A DNA stretch of 63,953 bases, counting the filler, from an uncultured Methanosarcinales archaeon (lineage in GTDB: Archaea; Nanobdellota; Nanobdellia; Woesearchaeales; JAGLXL01), in assembly GCA_964472345.1 (NCBI GenBank). It is 4 parts of 4 records of this genome, joined end to end, with 100 filler letters (N's around TTAATTAATTAA, not from the genome) between each part and the next. Parts side by side here need not be neighbours in the genome. Positions count along the whole stretch, not along the records: positions 1 to 18,091 come from CAYYLB010000020.1; 3 more parts are not named here. One strand, 5' to 3'. The notes beneath the pieces are model-generated. The model made no database searches. It had not been told where the DNA came from and saw nothing but the letters and a program-made list of their open reading frames with translations. This document shows, one piece after another, positions 9,290 to 18,191 of the stretch. Made by a program: the position numbers and the translations under genes. Within the stretch, counting starts at the first letter, position 1, and the number at the start of each line of letters is the position of its first letter.

Positions 9290-11080
9290 ATGCAGCAGGC
9301 GAGGGCGGCGTGCTTCTTTGAGGTTTCGTGGGAAGTGTGCAACAAGGTCGGGGGCATCTACACGGTGCTCGCAAGCAAGGCAGCGCAGCTGCAGCGGCAG
9401 TACGCGACGCTGTTTTTCATCGGGCCGTACATCGCCAGGAGCGCAGCCGCGGAGTTCCAGCACCTGCCGGCGCCGGAGAAGCTGCAGCCGGTCTTCGAGG
9501 CGCTGCGCGGCGAGGGAATTGAGTGCTACTATGGCACATGGCAGATCAAGGGGAAGCCTGCCGCGGTTCTCATCGACTGGGTGAAGTTCCTGCAGAGCAA
9601 GGACAGCATCAAGGCGTACCTGTGGGAGCGGTTCCGCATCGATTCGCTTACGGCAGGCAGCGATTTCGATGCGCCGGTTGTTTGGGGATGGGCGGTGGGA
9701 AAGTTCCTTGAGAAGGTGATGCAGGCATGGCAGTGCCCCGATGCGGTCGCACAATTCCATGAATGGCTGAGCGGGGCGGCGCTGCTGTATGTGAAGGACA
9801 AGCGTGTTCCCCTTGCGGCTGTGTTCACGACGCATGCGACGGTCCTGGGGAGGACGCTTGCGGGAGCCGATCGGCCGCTGTACGAGGAGCTTGCGCACCT
9901 GAGCGCTGAGGAGGAAGCGCGGGCGTTCGGCGTGCAGGCGAAGCATGGCCTCGAAAAGGCGAGCGCGCAGGCCGCAGATGTCTTTACGACGGTGAGCGAG
10001 ATCACAGGGCTTGAAGCGGAGCACCTGCTCGGGCGGAAGCCGGATGCGCTGCTGCCGAACGGGCTTGACTTCGAGCGCTTTCCTGATCTGGAGCAGATCC
10101 CTGCGAAGCACCAGGTTTACCGGGAGCGCATCAAGGAATTTTTGTATCCTTATTTCTTTCCGCATTACAGCTTCGACCTTGACAAGACGCTGTTCTTCTA
10201 CATCTCGGGCAGGTATGAGTTCCGCAACAAGGGGATTGACGTTACGATCGCCGCGCTCGGCAGGCTGAATGAGCGGCTGAAGCAGGAGAAGAGCGACCGC
10301 ACGATGGTGGCGTTTTTCTTCATCCCCGCCGATATCCACGTGCTGAATCTCGGGCTGGTGGAGAGCAAGAGCCTGTTCGAGGACCTGCAGGACGAGGTCG
10401 GGCATTACCTCGGCACGATGGGCCAGCGGATGATCCAGGCAGTCGTACAGGGGACGCCGCCGGATGAAGCGGCGCTCTTCGACGAGGAGTTCCTGTTCAA
10501 GATAAAGCGCTTCATCCTCTCGTTCAGGAAGGAAGGGGTTCCGCCGGCGGCGACGCACGGGCTTGCCAATGCGGACGATGCGATCCTGCGCGGGTTTGCA
10601 CAGTCGCAGCTGCAGAACCGTGCGGAGGACCGGGTGAAGGTCATCCTGTATCCGATCTATCTCAGCAGCTCGGACGGCCTGATCGACCTGGGGTATTACG
10701 AAACGATCTGGGGGTGCCATCTCGGCATCTTCCCAAGTTATTACGAGCCGTGGGGATACACGCCGCTGGAAAGCGCGGCATACGGCGTGCCCGCGGTGAC
10801 GACGGACCTCGCGGGGTTTGGGATCTACGCGCAGCAGCGGCTGAAAAGGCGCGACAGCGGAATTTTCATCATCAGCCGGCGGGGAAAGGGCGATGACGCA
10901 GTGGTCGGGCAGCTTGCCGCGCAGCTGTACGACTATGCAGTGCTGCCCAAGAGCAGGCGGGTGCAGAACAAGATTGCGGCGGAGCATTTTTCGCGGCAGC
11001 TGGACTGGAAGGAGCTGATCGGGCATTACATCGATGCGCACAACAAGGCGCTGGAGCGGGTGCGGCATGGAGCTCCGTAA
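9290..11080 (+). CDS. Glycogen synthase, GT3 family
   Basis: FEVSWEVCNKVGGIYTV, GRYEFRNKG, FPSYYEPWGYTPLE. Confidence 0.92.
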   Translation: MQQARAACFFEVSWEVCNKVGGIYTVLASKAAQLQRQYATLFFIGPYIARSAAAEFQHLPAPEKLQPVFEALRGEGIECYYGTWQIKGKPAAVLIDWVKFLQSKDSIKAYLWERFRIDSLTAGSDFDAPVVWGWAVGKFLEKVMQAWQCPDAVAQFHEWLSGAALLYVKDKRVPLAAVFTTHATVLGRTLAGADRPLYEELAHLSAEEEARAFGVQAKHGLEKASAQAADVFTTVSEITGLEAEHLLGRKPDALLPNGLDFERFPDLEQIPAKHQVYRERIKEFLYPYFFPHYSFDLDKTLFFYISGRYEFRNKGIDVTIAALGRLNERLKQEKSDRTMVAFFFIPADIHVLNLGLVESKSLFEDLQDEVGHYLGTMGQRMIQAVVQGTPPDEAALFDEEFLFKIKRFILSFRKEGVPPAATHGLANADDAILRGFAQSQLQNRAEDRVKVILYPIYLSSSDGLIDLGYYETIWGCHLGIFPSYYEPWGYTPLESAAYGVPAVTTDLAGFGIYAQQRLKRRDSGIFIISRRGKGDDAVVGQLAAQLYDYAVLPKSRRVQNKIAAEHFSRQLDWKELIGHYIDAHNKALERVRHGAP

Positions 11081-12002
11081 GGATTACCTGCTTGAGCGCT
11101 GGGTGATCCTTTCGGAAGCTCGCGGCTCGCGTCCGCGCGAGTTTGGCGAGCGTGTTGTTGTCAATGAGCAGGCAGCGTGCTTTTTCTGTCCGGGGAAGGA
11201 AGGGCAGACGCCTGATGAGATCGGGCGGCTTCCGAAAAGCGGCGACTGGAAGCTCCGGTGGTTCCCCAACAAGTTCCCTGCAGTCGGGAATGATGAAAAA
11301 ATCGCCGTGCGGCAGCAGGGGCTCCTGGCATCGGCGGGGGCGTATGGACATCATGAAATCATCGTCGAGACACCGGACCACGGGCTGCAGCTTTTTGATC
11401 TGAGCGAGAGCGAGGTGCTCGAGCTTCTGAACGTGTACGCAAACAGGCTGTTCTGGCTCCGGAAGGATCCAAGGGTGCAGTATGTGGCTGTTTTCAAGAA
11501 CCACGGGAGGAACGCAGGCACGTCATTGGTGCATTCGCACACGCAGGTGATCGCCTCGCACCACGTGCCGGAAGCGGTGCGGGAAGAGGCTGCTGTGGCT
11601 TGGAATGCGAAAGGGTGCGCGTATTGCGCGATTGCCGCTTCAGAGATGCGCTCGGAACGGCGATGCTTTGAGAACGTCTCGTTTGCGGCGTTTGCGCCGT
11701 ACGCGTCGCGGTTCAATTATGAATGCTGGATCTTTCCGAAGCGGCACGTGAAAAGCCTGCTCGGGCTTGAGCAGCATGAGCTTGCGGAGCTTGCCTCCAT
11801 CCTTCTGCAGGTGCTGCGGAAGCTGAAGGCGCTCGGTGCGGACTATAATTTCTTCCTTCACGAGGCTCCTCCGCAGAGCGAGCTGCATTTCCACATCGAG
11901 GTCGCGCCGCGGATTGCCACCTGGGGAGGGTTTGAGCTTGCGACCGGCATCGTGATCAACTCGGTGCATCCCGAGCAGGCGGCTGCATGGTACCGCTCAT
12001 GA
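11067..12002 (+). CDS. galT: GalT-like hexose-1-phosphate nucleotidyltransferase
   Basis: CFFCPG, FKNHG..AGTSLVHSHTQ (HxHxQ). Confidence 0.88.
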   Translation: MELRKDYLLERWVILSEARGSRPREFGERVVVNEQAACFFCPGKEGQTPDEIGRLPKSGDWKLRWFPNKFPAVGNDEKIAVRQQGLLASAGAYGHHEIIVETPDHGLQLFDLSESEVLELLNVYANRLFWLRKDPRVQYVAVFKNHGRNAGTSLVHSHTQVIASHHVPEAVREEAAVAWNAKGCAYCAIAASEMRSERRCFENVSFAAFAPYASRFNYECWIFPKRHVKSLLGLEQHELAELASILLQVLRKLKALGADYNFFLHEAPPQSELHFHIEVAPRIATWGGFELATGIVINSVHPEQAAAWYRS

Positions 12003-13795
12003 AGGCGCGCTATCAGGTAGGGGAGATGAGCGCGGCGGGAGAAGCAGAGAATGCCTCCTTCCTGCTCACGAACGAGGCAGGCTCGTTTTATTACCATAAC
12101 CAGCAGACGAAGTACGGCGGATGGTCGGTGTTTGATGGCGAGCTGTTTCATGTCCTGAGCGAGCTGCGGCTCGCCGCGCCGGCAGTGAGCGGGGTGGTGC
12201 ACCATCTCTCGGTGGTTGACGTCGTGCACGGCGCGCTGCGGGAGCAGTTTGCGGTGCCACGGGGCGAGCGCGCGCTGGTGCATCGGCTGAATGCGGAGAC
12301 GGACATCGGGCTGGTGCTTGACGTGCACAGGCCGTATGACAGCCGTGCGTTTGGGCGTTTCTACCGCGTTGAGGTCGAGGAGGGCAGGACGATCATCACC
12401 TTTGTGAAGAAGACCGACCGGCGGGAGGATCGCACGCACGGCGATGAGGAGTTCGTTTTTTTTGTCGTCGTGAATGCTCCCGGACGCGTGCTTGGGCGGT
12501 GGGAAGAGCGCGTGTACGCGCAGGATGCGTTGCGGAAGGACGCTTCACGGCGCTTTGTGTATCATGCGGCGCGGTTTCATGCCGCGGAGCTGGTGGTGAC
12601 CGCGGGCAGGGACCTGCAGGAAGCGCTGCGCTCGAATGCGAGGATCGCCGCGAATGTGCGGAAAGCGGTTGCGGCGCAGCGCGCGGCTTGCATCCGATTC
12701 GCGCAGCTTCCGCTCGAGGTTGCGGCGGCATCGTGGTCGCTCCAGGGCTTGCGGGCTGCGGCAGCGGCGCCCGCAAGCGCTGACAGGGCTGCGCCGCCTC
12801 CGTGCGTTTGGGCAGGGCTGCCCTGGTTCTTTCAGGAGTGGACGCGGGACGAAGCCGTTGCGCTGAAGGCGCTGATGCTGCTTGGTGAGTTTGACCTGGC
12901 AAAGAGGATAGTGTTCTCATTGCTGGAGCGCATTGATGCGCAAGGGCTTCTGCCGGCGCGGATTCCTGCGGCTGCCGGCGATCTGCGCAGCGCTGACGCG
13001 GTCGGCTGGCTGTTTGTGCGCTGCGGCGAATATCATGCATTGAAAGGGTTCACGAAGGAAGAGAAGTCGCGTGTGGAGGAAGCGCTCGTCCGCGTGCTCG
13101 AGTCGCATGAGCAGCTGCATACGCGCGATGGGCTTGCGTCGCACGGGCCGCAGGAGAGCTGGATGGACACCGCAAGCCGTTCACAGGCGATCGAGCTGCA
13201 GGCGCTGCGCCTTGCGCTCGAGCGTGTCGCATTTCAGCTGACGAAGAATGTCATCTACCGGGAGCGCGGGCAGGCGCTTCGGGAGCGGGTGCGCACGCTG
13301 CTGTGGGACGGGACACAGCTTGCGGACAGTGCTGGCGACGGCACAGCGCGGCCGAACGTATTCCTCGCGGCGTACGCCTATCCTGAGCTGTTGACGAAGA
13401 GGGAATGGAAGCGGTGCTTTTCCGCGGTGCTGCCGAAGCTGTGGCTTGCATGGGGCGGGCTTGCGACAATCGGCCTGAGCGACGCGCGCTTCCGGCAGGA
13501 ATACACAGGCATGGACGATAAGAGCTATCATCACGGCGACAGCTGGTTCTGGGTGAATAATATCGCCGCGCTGGTGATGCACCGGATTGATGCGCGTGGG
13601 TTCAGGGCGTATTGGGCGAAGATCCTGCAGGCCTCAACGCGGGAGCTGCTCTGGTCGGGAGCGCTTGGGCATGCTGCTGAGCTGAGCTCGGCGAAGGAGC
13701 TGCGCAGCGAAGGCTGCGTTTCCCAGGCGTGGAGCGCGGCGACGTTGGTGGAGCTGTGGAATGAGCTGAAGGGGAAACAAGCTCGGAAGGAATAA
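11999..13795 (+). CDS. Amylo-alpha-1,6-glucosidase (glycogen debranching enzyme, GH133-like)
   Basis: AGLPWF..WTRD, SADAVGW, SWMD, YHHGDSW, QAWS motifs. Confidence 0.85.
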   Translation: MKARYQVGEMSAAGEAENASFLLTNEAGSFYYHNQQTKYGGWSVFDGELFHVLSELRLAAPAVSGVVHHLSVVDVVHGALREQFAVPRGERALVHRLNAETDIGLVLDVHRPYDSRAFGRFYRVEVEEGRTIITFVKKTDRREDRTHGDEEFVFFVVVNAPGRVLGRWEERVYAQDALRKDASRRFVYHAARFHAAELVVTAGRDLQEALRSNARIAANVRKAVAAQRAACIRFAQLPLEVAAASWSLQGLRAAAAAPASADRAAPPPCVWAGLPWFFQEWTRDEAVALKALMLLGEFDLAKRIVFSLLERIDAQGLLPARIPAAAGDLRSADAVGWLFVRCGEYHALKGFTKEEKSRVEEALVRVLESHEQLHTRDGLASHGPQESWMDTASRSQAIELQALRLALERVAFQLTKNVIYRERGQALRERVRTLLWDGTQLADSAGDGTARPNVFLAAYAYPELLTKREWKRCFSAVLPKLWLAWGGLATIGLSDARFRQEYTGMDDKSYHHGDSWFWVNNIAALVMHRIDARGFRAYWAKILQASTRELLWSGALGHAAELSSAKELRSEGCVSQAWSAATLVELWNELKGKQARKE

Positions 13796-13906
13796 TGCAA
13801 GCTAAACTCAATAAAGTTGAAGCAATAAACAGTGGAGAGGGCAATTTCTGAAAACAGGCGCCATTCAACAACTTTAATAAAGCAACTGATTCTATGTATG
13901 TTTAAT

Positions 13907-14539
13907 ATGAAGTTTTACTTATCATCTTACAAAATTGGAAACAAAAAAGAAGAGCTGAAAAAATTAGCTCGTGGAAAGAAGCTCGGATTTATCCCAAATT
14001 CTTTAGATTACGTAGAACCTAAAGCAAGAAAAGAAAGCAACGATAAAAACATGAAAGACTTGACTGATCTTGGGATAGATATTGAAATGCTTGACCTAAA
14101 GGATTATTTTGGCAAAAAAGAAGCATTAAAGAAGAAAATCGACAGTCTTGGCGGAGTTTGGATTAGAGGAGGAAATACTTTTGTTTTGCGTCAAGCAATG
14201 AAACTTAGTGGCTTTGATGAAATAATCAAAAACATGGACAGGGACGATTTTCTTTATGGTGGGTGTAGTGCTGGAATATCTGTTCTTGCTCCAAGTCTCA
14301 AGGCACTCCAACAAGTTGATGATCCAACAATCACACCCTACATGGAATCAAAAGATGTAATTTGGGATGGTTTGGGAATCTTAGATTACATAATTTTGCC
14401 ACATTACAAATCAAATCATCCAGAGTCTGCTGATATCGGTAAAGAAGTTGAATTTTGTAAGAAAAATAACATTCCTTTCAAGACTTTAAGAGATGGTGAA
14501 GTAATCGTAATCGAGCGAATGACACTCTTAATGAAATAG
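13907..14539 (+). CDS. Peptidase E (S51) family protein
   Basis: GGNTFVL, GCSAG nucleophile, LPHY; markedly AT-rich. Confidence 0.85.
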   Translation: MKFYLSSYKIGNKKEELKKLARGKKLGFIPNSLDYVEPKARKESNDKNMKDLTDLGIDIEMLDLKDYFGKKEALKKKIDSLGGVWIRGGNTFVLRQAMKLSGFDEIIKNMDRDDFLYGGCSAGISVLAPSLKALQQVDDPTITPYMESKDVIWDGLGILDYIILPHYKSNHPESADIGKEVEFCKKNNIPFKTLRDGEVIVIERMTLLMK

Positions 14540-14625
14540 AATTTGCCCTCTGATGCTTGTTCTTGGTATGTCGCTTTGCTCTTTGAATGGAATGGACTTC
14601 AAATTTACTTTGAATTGGAACCGAG

Positions 14626-15035
14626 CTAGAACAGAGTCAGCCGCAGGCCAGCTTTCCCGGCAACCTGCACGACTGCGGTTTCTACTTCAGGTGTCTCAGC
14701 GAGAATAAGGATTTCTTTGTCATGGTACCCAGCAGCCAGCGCCTCTAACGCAGATCGCTCGAACTGATCGGGGGTGTGCATATCCCTTGGATCAAAGCGC
14801 TCATACGGCCCTCTTGTTCCCGCCATGAACAGCCTATCACCTTTTTTCCAGACGCCAACGACAACCGCGGGAGCCAACGCTTTGGGAAGCCCTTATCACG
14901 GGCGAATTCCTCCAAAACGCTTTGAGGATAAGGCCTCTCATCTTCAAGGCGCAGCGTACATTCATCAAAAAAGCCGTATGCGCCTCGGAAGCGTTGATCA
15001 GCGGTGATATAGATCTGAGCCGAAAAGGTTTTCAT
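14626..15035 (-). pseudogene. Hypothetical gene split over two frames (indel or -1 frameshift)
   Basis: MKTFSAQ... (from 15035) overlaps -1-frame ORF 14626-14877, which has no good start. Confidence 0.45.
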
Positions 15036-15042
15036 GGAAACA

Positions 15043-15363
15043 CTACCTTTGCTTCCCCACAAGCCCCTTCACACGCTCATCGCCGCGCGGCTGGGCGCGC
15101 CTGCCCAGGCGATAGTATGTCTTTTCCGCGATGTTGCCCCAGCTGAACTCCCCCTGCTCCCGCTCCACTTTGTCAACCTCAAACTCCCCCAATTCCAGCC
15201 CCTTGCGCAGGTGGTAATAGATAACCCGCCGTGTCGCAGCAGGGAACAGCTGGGCATGCCACTTGCTGATCTGGTAGCCATACGAACTTCCCACAACAGA
15301 GAGGATCTCCACGATGTTCTGCCGGATCTGGCTCTGGGGCGGACGGCCGCGGCGTTGTTTCAT
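15043..15363 (-). CDS. Winged-helix (PadR-like) hypothetical protein
   Basis: IVEIL...YGYQI...VIYYHL...KTYYRL. Confidence 0.65.
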   Translation of the reverse strand: MKQRRGRPPQSQIRQNIVEILSVVGSSYGYQISKWHAQLFPAATRRVIYYHLRKGLELGEFEVDKVEREQGEFSWGNIAEKTYYRLGRRAQPRGDERVKGLVGKQR

Positions 15364-15590
15364 TGTCCTGCCACGATGAGGCTGCTGGTCAGCTTCACCT
15401 GATTGTCTGAGCGGATATTGTCCATCACAAATGCACCGAGCGCCTCTGCGTTTTGCAGCTCAACTTCTGCGAGCAGGTCCCACTCCCCGAAGAGGATGAA
15501 CGCGCGTTTCACCTCTTTCATCGTCTTCAGCCTCTCCAGTATCTCCCGCTCATGGTTCCCGTTCAGCGCGACAAGCACGAATGCTTTCAT
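15360..15590 (-). CDS. Lrp/AsnC ligand-binding (RAM) domain protein
   Basis: KAFVLV...LFGEWDLLAEV. Confidence 0.85.
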   Translation of the reverse strand: MKAFVLVALNGNHEREILERLKTMKEVKRAFILFGEWDLLAEVELQNAEALGAFVMDNIRSDNQVKLTSSLIVAGQ

Positions 15591-15757
15591 TACCCTCACC
15601 CCAGGCGCAGAAAGGCGCAGTGGTTTAAATATATTTGCAGTATGGAAACGAATAATCCCTAAGCGGGGGTTTCGGGCGATGGGAGGCGGTCAAGCGCAAG
15701 TTTTTTTCAGCCGCATTAAACACAACATTTAAAAATTAAACAATGGCCTTAACCGCC

Positions 15758-16390
15758 ATGAAATCCATCATCATCGCCCCCGTCGGCGACCACCTGCAGG
15801 ACCTGTTTGTCGCCCTGCGTGATTTTCCGCCGGAGCGCGTCATCCTGCTCACTCCTGCAGACCGCCTGCATCTCGCCGATGGCGCACGGCGCAGCCTCAG
15901 CCGCTTAAGCATCCCTGCGGAGATCAAAAAAATCACGGGGAATGTCTGGGAGGAGATGTTCCGTGCGGTCGCAGAGGTCAGCGAGCTGTATCAAGGCAAG
16001 AGCATCATTGTCCACACATCGACCGGGGACCGGATGGCAAGCTGCGCTGCGACGAGCGCTGCGTTCGTGAACGGCCTGAAAGCGATTGCGGTCGACGGGA
16101 AGGAGGCGATGCTGCTGCCGGTGCTGAAGTTCTCCTACTACCGGCTGCTGACGGAGAAGAAGATGCAGATCCTGAGGTTCATGTACCGGCACAACTGCTG
16201 CGCCTCGCTTGAAGAGCTTTCCAGGAGGCTGAAGATGTCGCTGCCGCTCGTCTCCTACCATATCAACGGGAACCTGAAAAGCGACGGGCTGAAGGATCTC
16301 GGGCTCGCCGAGACGGTGCACGAGAACAGCAGGACCCGGATCAGGCTCACGATCCTCGGCAGGCTGCTGGTGAAGGGGCACATCTCGTAG
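15758..16390 (+). CDS. CARF-like Rossmann + wHTH transcriptional regulator (HFX_2341/Csa3-like)
   Basis: N-terminal PERVILL and IIVHTSTGDR; C-terminal SLEELSRRLKMSLPLVSYH HTH. Confidence 0.65.
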   Translation: MKSIIIAPVGDHLQDLFVALRDFPPERVILLTPADRLHLADGARRSLSRLSIPAEIKKITGNVWEEMFRAVAEVSELYQGKSIIVHTSTGDRMASCAATSAAFVNGLKAIAVDGKEAMLLPVLKFSYYRLLTEKKMQILRFMYRHNCCASLEELSRRLKMSLPLVSYHINGNLKSDGLKDLGLAETVHENSRTRIRLTILGRLLVKGHIS

Positions 16391-16412
16391 CCCCCGCTGA
16401 ACTCTGGCATCA

Positions 16413-16502
16413 TAGTAAATCGCAATGATTCTGGAACTTCTTGGATGCGATTTACTATGCTAGCAAATCTCCCCAATGTCCAATCATGAAGGAGATTTGC
16501 TA
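16413..16502. mobile_element. 90-bp double-hairpin MITE-like element, TCA target duplication
   Basis: 45-bp palindrome + TGC + 42-bp palindrome; TCA at 16410-16412 and 16503-16505; homologue at 58619-58708. Confidence 0.8.
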
Positions 16503-16523
16503 TCAGCTTGAGCCGGTAACGCC

Positions 16524-17294
16524 TTAAAACAGGCGCCGCACATCTTCCCGGTGCTTCCTGATAAGGAAATAAAGCGCGGCCCCCACCATCACTGCGCTCA
16601 GCCACTGCCCCGACGTCAGCCCGAGATGCGCTGCCTCTTCCTTCCAGAAGTCCAGCACGAACCTGCCAAGCCCCTCAAGCAGGACAAAGTTCCAGAACAC
16701 GAAGCCCTGCGCAAACTGCTTCCGTCCCAAAAACAGCAGCCACCCGAAGGCAATGAACCGCTTCACCATCTCATACAGCTGGTACGGGTGCCGGCATACA
16801 TCCCCTCCGCCGGTGTTCCGGAAGTTCACGCACCAGCGCACACTGCTTACCGTCCCCCAAAGCTCTCCGTTGATGAAGTTTGCAACTCTGCCAAGCGCGA
16901 GCGCGAGCATCATCGGCGCGCTCAGGATGTCCGCTAATTGCAGGAACGCGATCTTCTTCCTCCTGCAGAAGAGTGCGGCGGCAAGCGCGATGCCGGCAAG
17001 CCCGCCGTGGAAGCTCAGCCCGCCGCGCCACACCGCGAAAAACTCACCAACCGAAAAGAGGTCCGGCCGGTAAAACGCGAAGAAGAAGACGCGCGAGCCG
17101 ATCAGGACGCCGGCGATCAGCCAGACGATAAGGTCAGAAACCTCGTTTGCAGCCAGCGGCAGCTTCCCCTTCTTTTGTGCCCTTGCAAGCATTCCGTAGG
17201 CGAGCAGCGCCCCCAGGAAGAACACGAGTCCGTACCAGCGGATCTGGAATGGGCCGAGCTGCACCAGCACCGGGTTGAGGGTATGGATGAACAT
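16524..17294 (-). CDS. lgt: Prolipoprotein diacylglyceryl transferase
   Basis: IRWYG, GGLSFHGG, GRVANFINGELWG, RHPYQLYE. Confidence 0.93.
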   Translation of the reverse strand: MFIHTLNPVLVQLGPFQIRWYGLVFFLGALLAYGMLARAQKKGKLPLAANEVSDLIVWLIAGVLIGSRVFFFAFYRPDLFSVGEFFAVWRGGLSFHGGLAGIALAAALFCRRKKIAFLQLADILSAPMMLALALGRVANFINGELWGTVSSVRWCVNFRNTGGGDVCRHPYQLYEMVKRFIAFGWLLFLGRKQFAQGFVFWNFVLLEGLGRFVLDFWKEEAAHLGLTSGQWLSAVMVGAALYFLIRKHREDVRRLF

Positions 17295-17295
17295 C

Positions 17296-17985
17296 TCAGA
17301 TCGTCCACGTCCAGGCGATGACTGCCCCGTAGATCAGCACGCCGAGCAGGAAGAATGAGGGGCTTCCCTTGCGCTTGCGGGGGATGACTTCCCGTGCCTC
17401 GAGGAAGAGCAGCAGGCCTGCGAGGAGGCCGAGCAAGCCGAAGTTGACGATGGAAGGGATGCTGACCATGCTCGCGAACGCCGCGCCGAGGAATGGGGCA
17501 CTTGAGAAAAAGAGGCGGGCGCGCCAGTGCTGGAAGCGGTGGCTGTGCGGCAGCACGTTGATAATCACATGCAGCGATACGGGGATGAAGTAGAGCATCC
17601 CGTTGAGGACGCTGGCGCTGATGAGGGAGACAAGGACAATGCCTATGAAGAAGTGGTAGAAAAAGATGGTGATGGCATGCTCATGCTCGACCTCCTCGAT
17701 GATCTGCTCCCGGGGGAGGTGCTGGTAGATCCATTTCTCGATGAGGTGGTAGCTCACGAAGCCAAGGAGCATGAAGACGAATATCAGGTGGGGGTAGGAT
17801 TGCGCTCCTGAATAGACCTGGGGGAAGAGGTGCAGGAAGATGTAGGTGACGGAGAGGCCGGCAACAAATGAGACAAAGCGCTCTTTATAGAAAGTGGCAT
17901 AGCGCGCGAGCATGCCTTCGGAGGCGTAATCAACCGCACCAAGGAGGAGCGTGAGCCCAAGGGCAAGGGCAGTTGGCGAAGCCAT
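17296..17985 (-). CDS. Multi-pass membrane protein (ZIP-like)
   Basis: SFVAGLSVTYIFLHLFP, His-rich loops, EAREVIP. Confidence 0.6.
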   Translation of the reverse strand: MASPTALALGLTLLLGAVDYASEGMLARYATFYKERFVSFVAGLSVTYIFLHLFPQVYSGAQSYPHLIFVFMLLGFVSYHLIEKWIYQHLPREQIIEEVEHEHAITIFFYHFFIGIVLVSLISASVLNGMLYFIPVSLHVIINVLPHSHRFQHWRARLFFSSAPFLGAAFASMVSIPSIVNFGLLGLLAGLLLFLEAREVIPRKRKGSPSFFLLGVLIYGAVIAWTWTI

Positions 17986-18091
17986 AGGGCGGGAAAACGA
18001 AGGCTGGTTTAAAAACCTTAGTTAGTTTCAATCGTCATTGTCGTGTCCTAATATTATTTCGTTTCAGCTTCATTTTTCATCCTCCGCCAAA

Positions 18092-18191
18092 NNNNNNNNN
18101 NNNNNNNNNNNNNNNNNNNNNNNNNNNNNNNNNNNTTAATTAATTAANNNNNNNNNNNNNNNNNNNNNNNNNNNNNNNNNNNNNNNNNNNN
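18092..18191. other. Artificial contig linker (N-run with TTAATTAATTAA)
   Basis: 100 nt, same design in three places. Confidence 0.97.
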
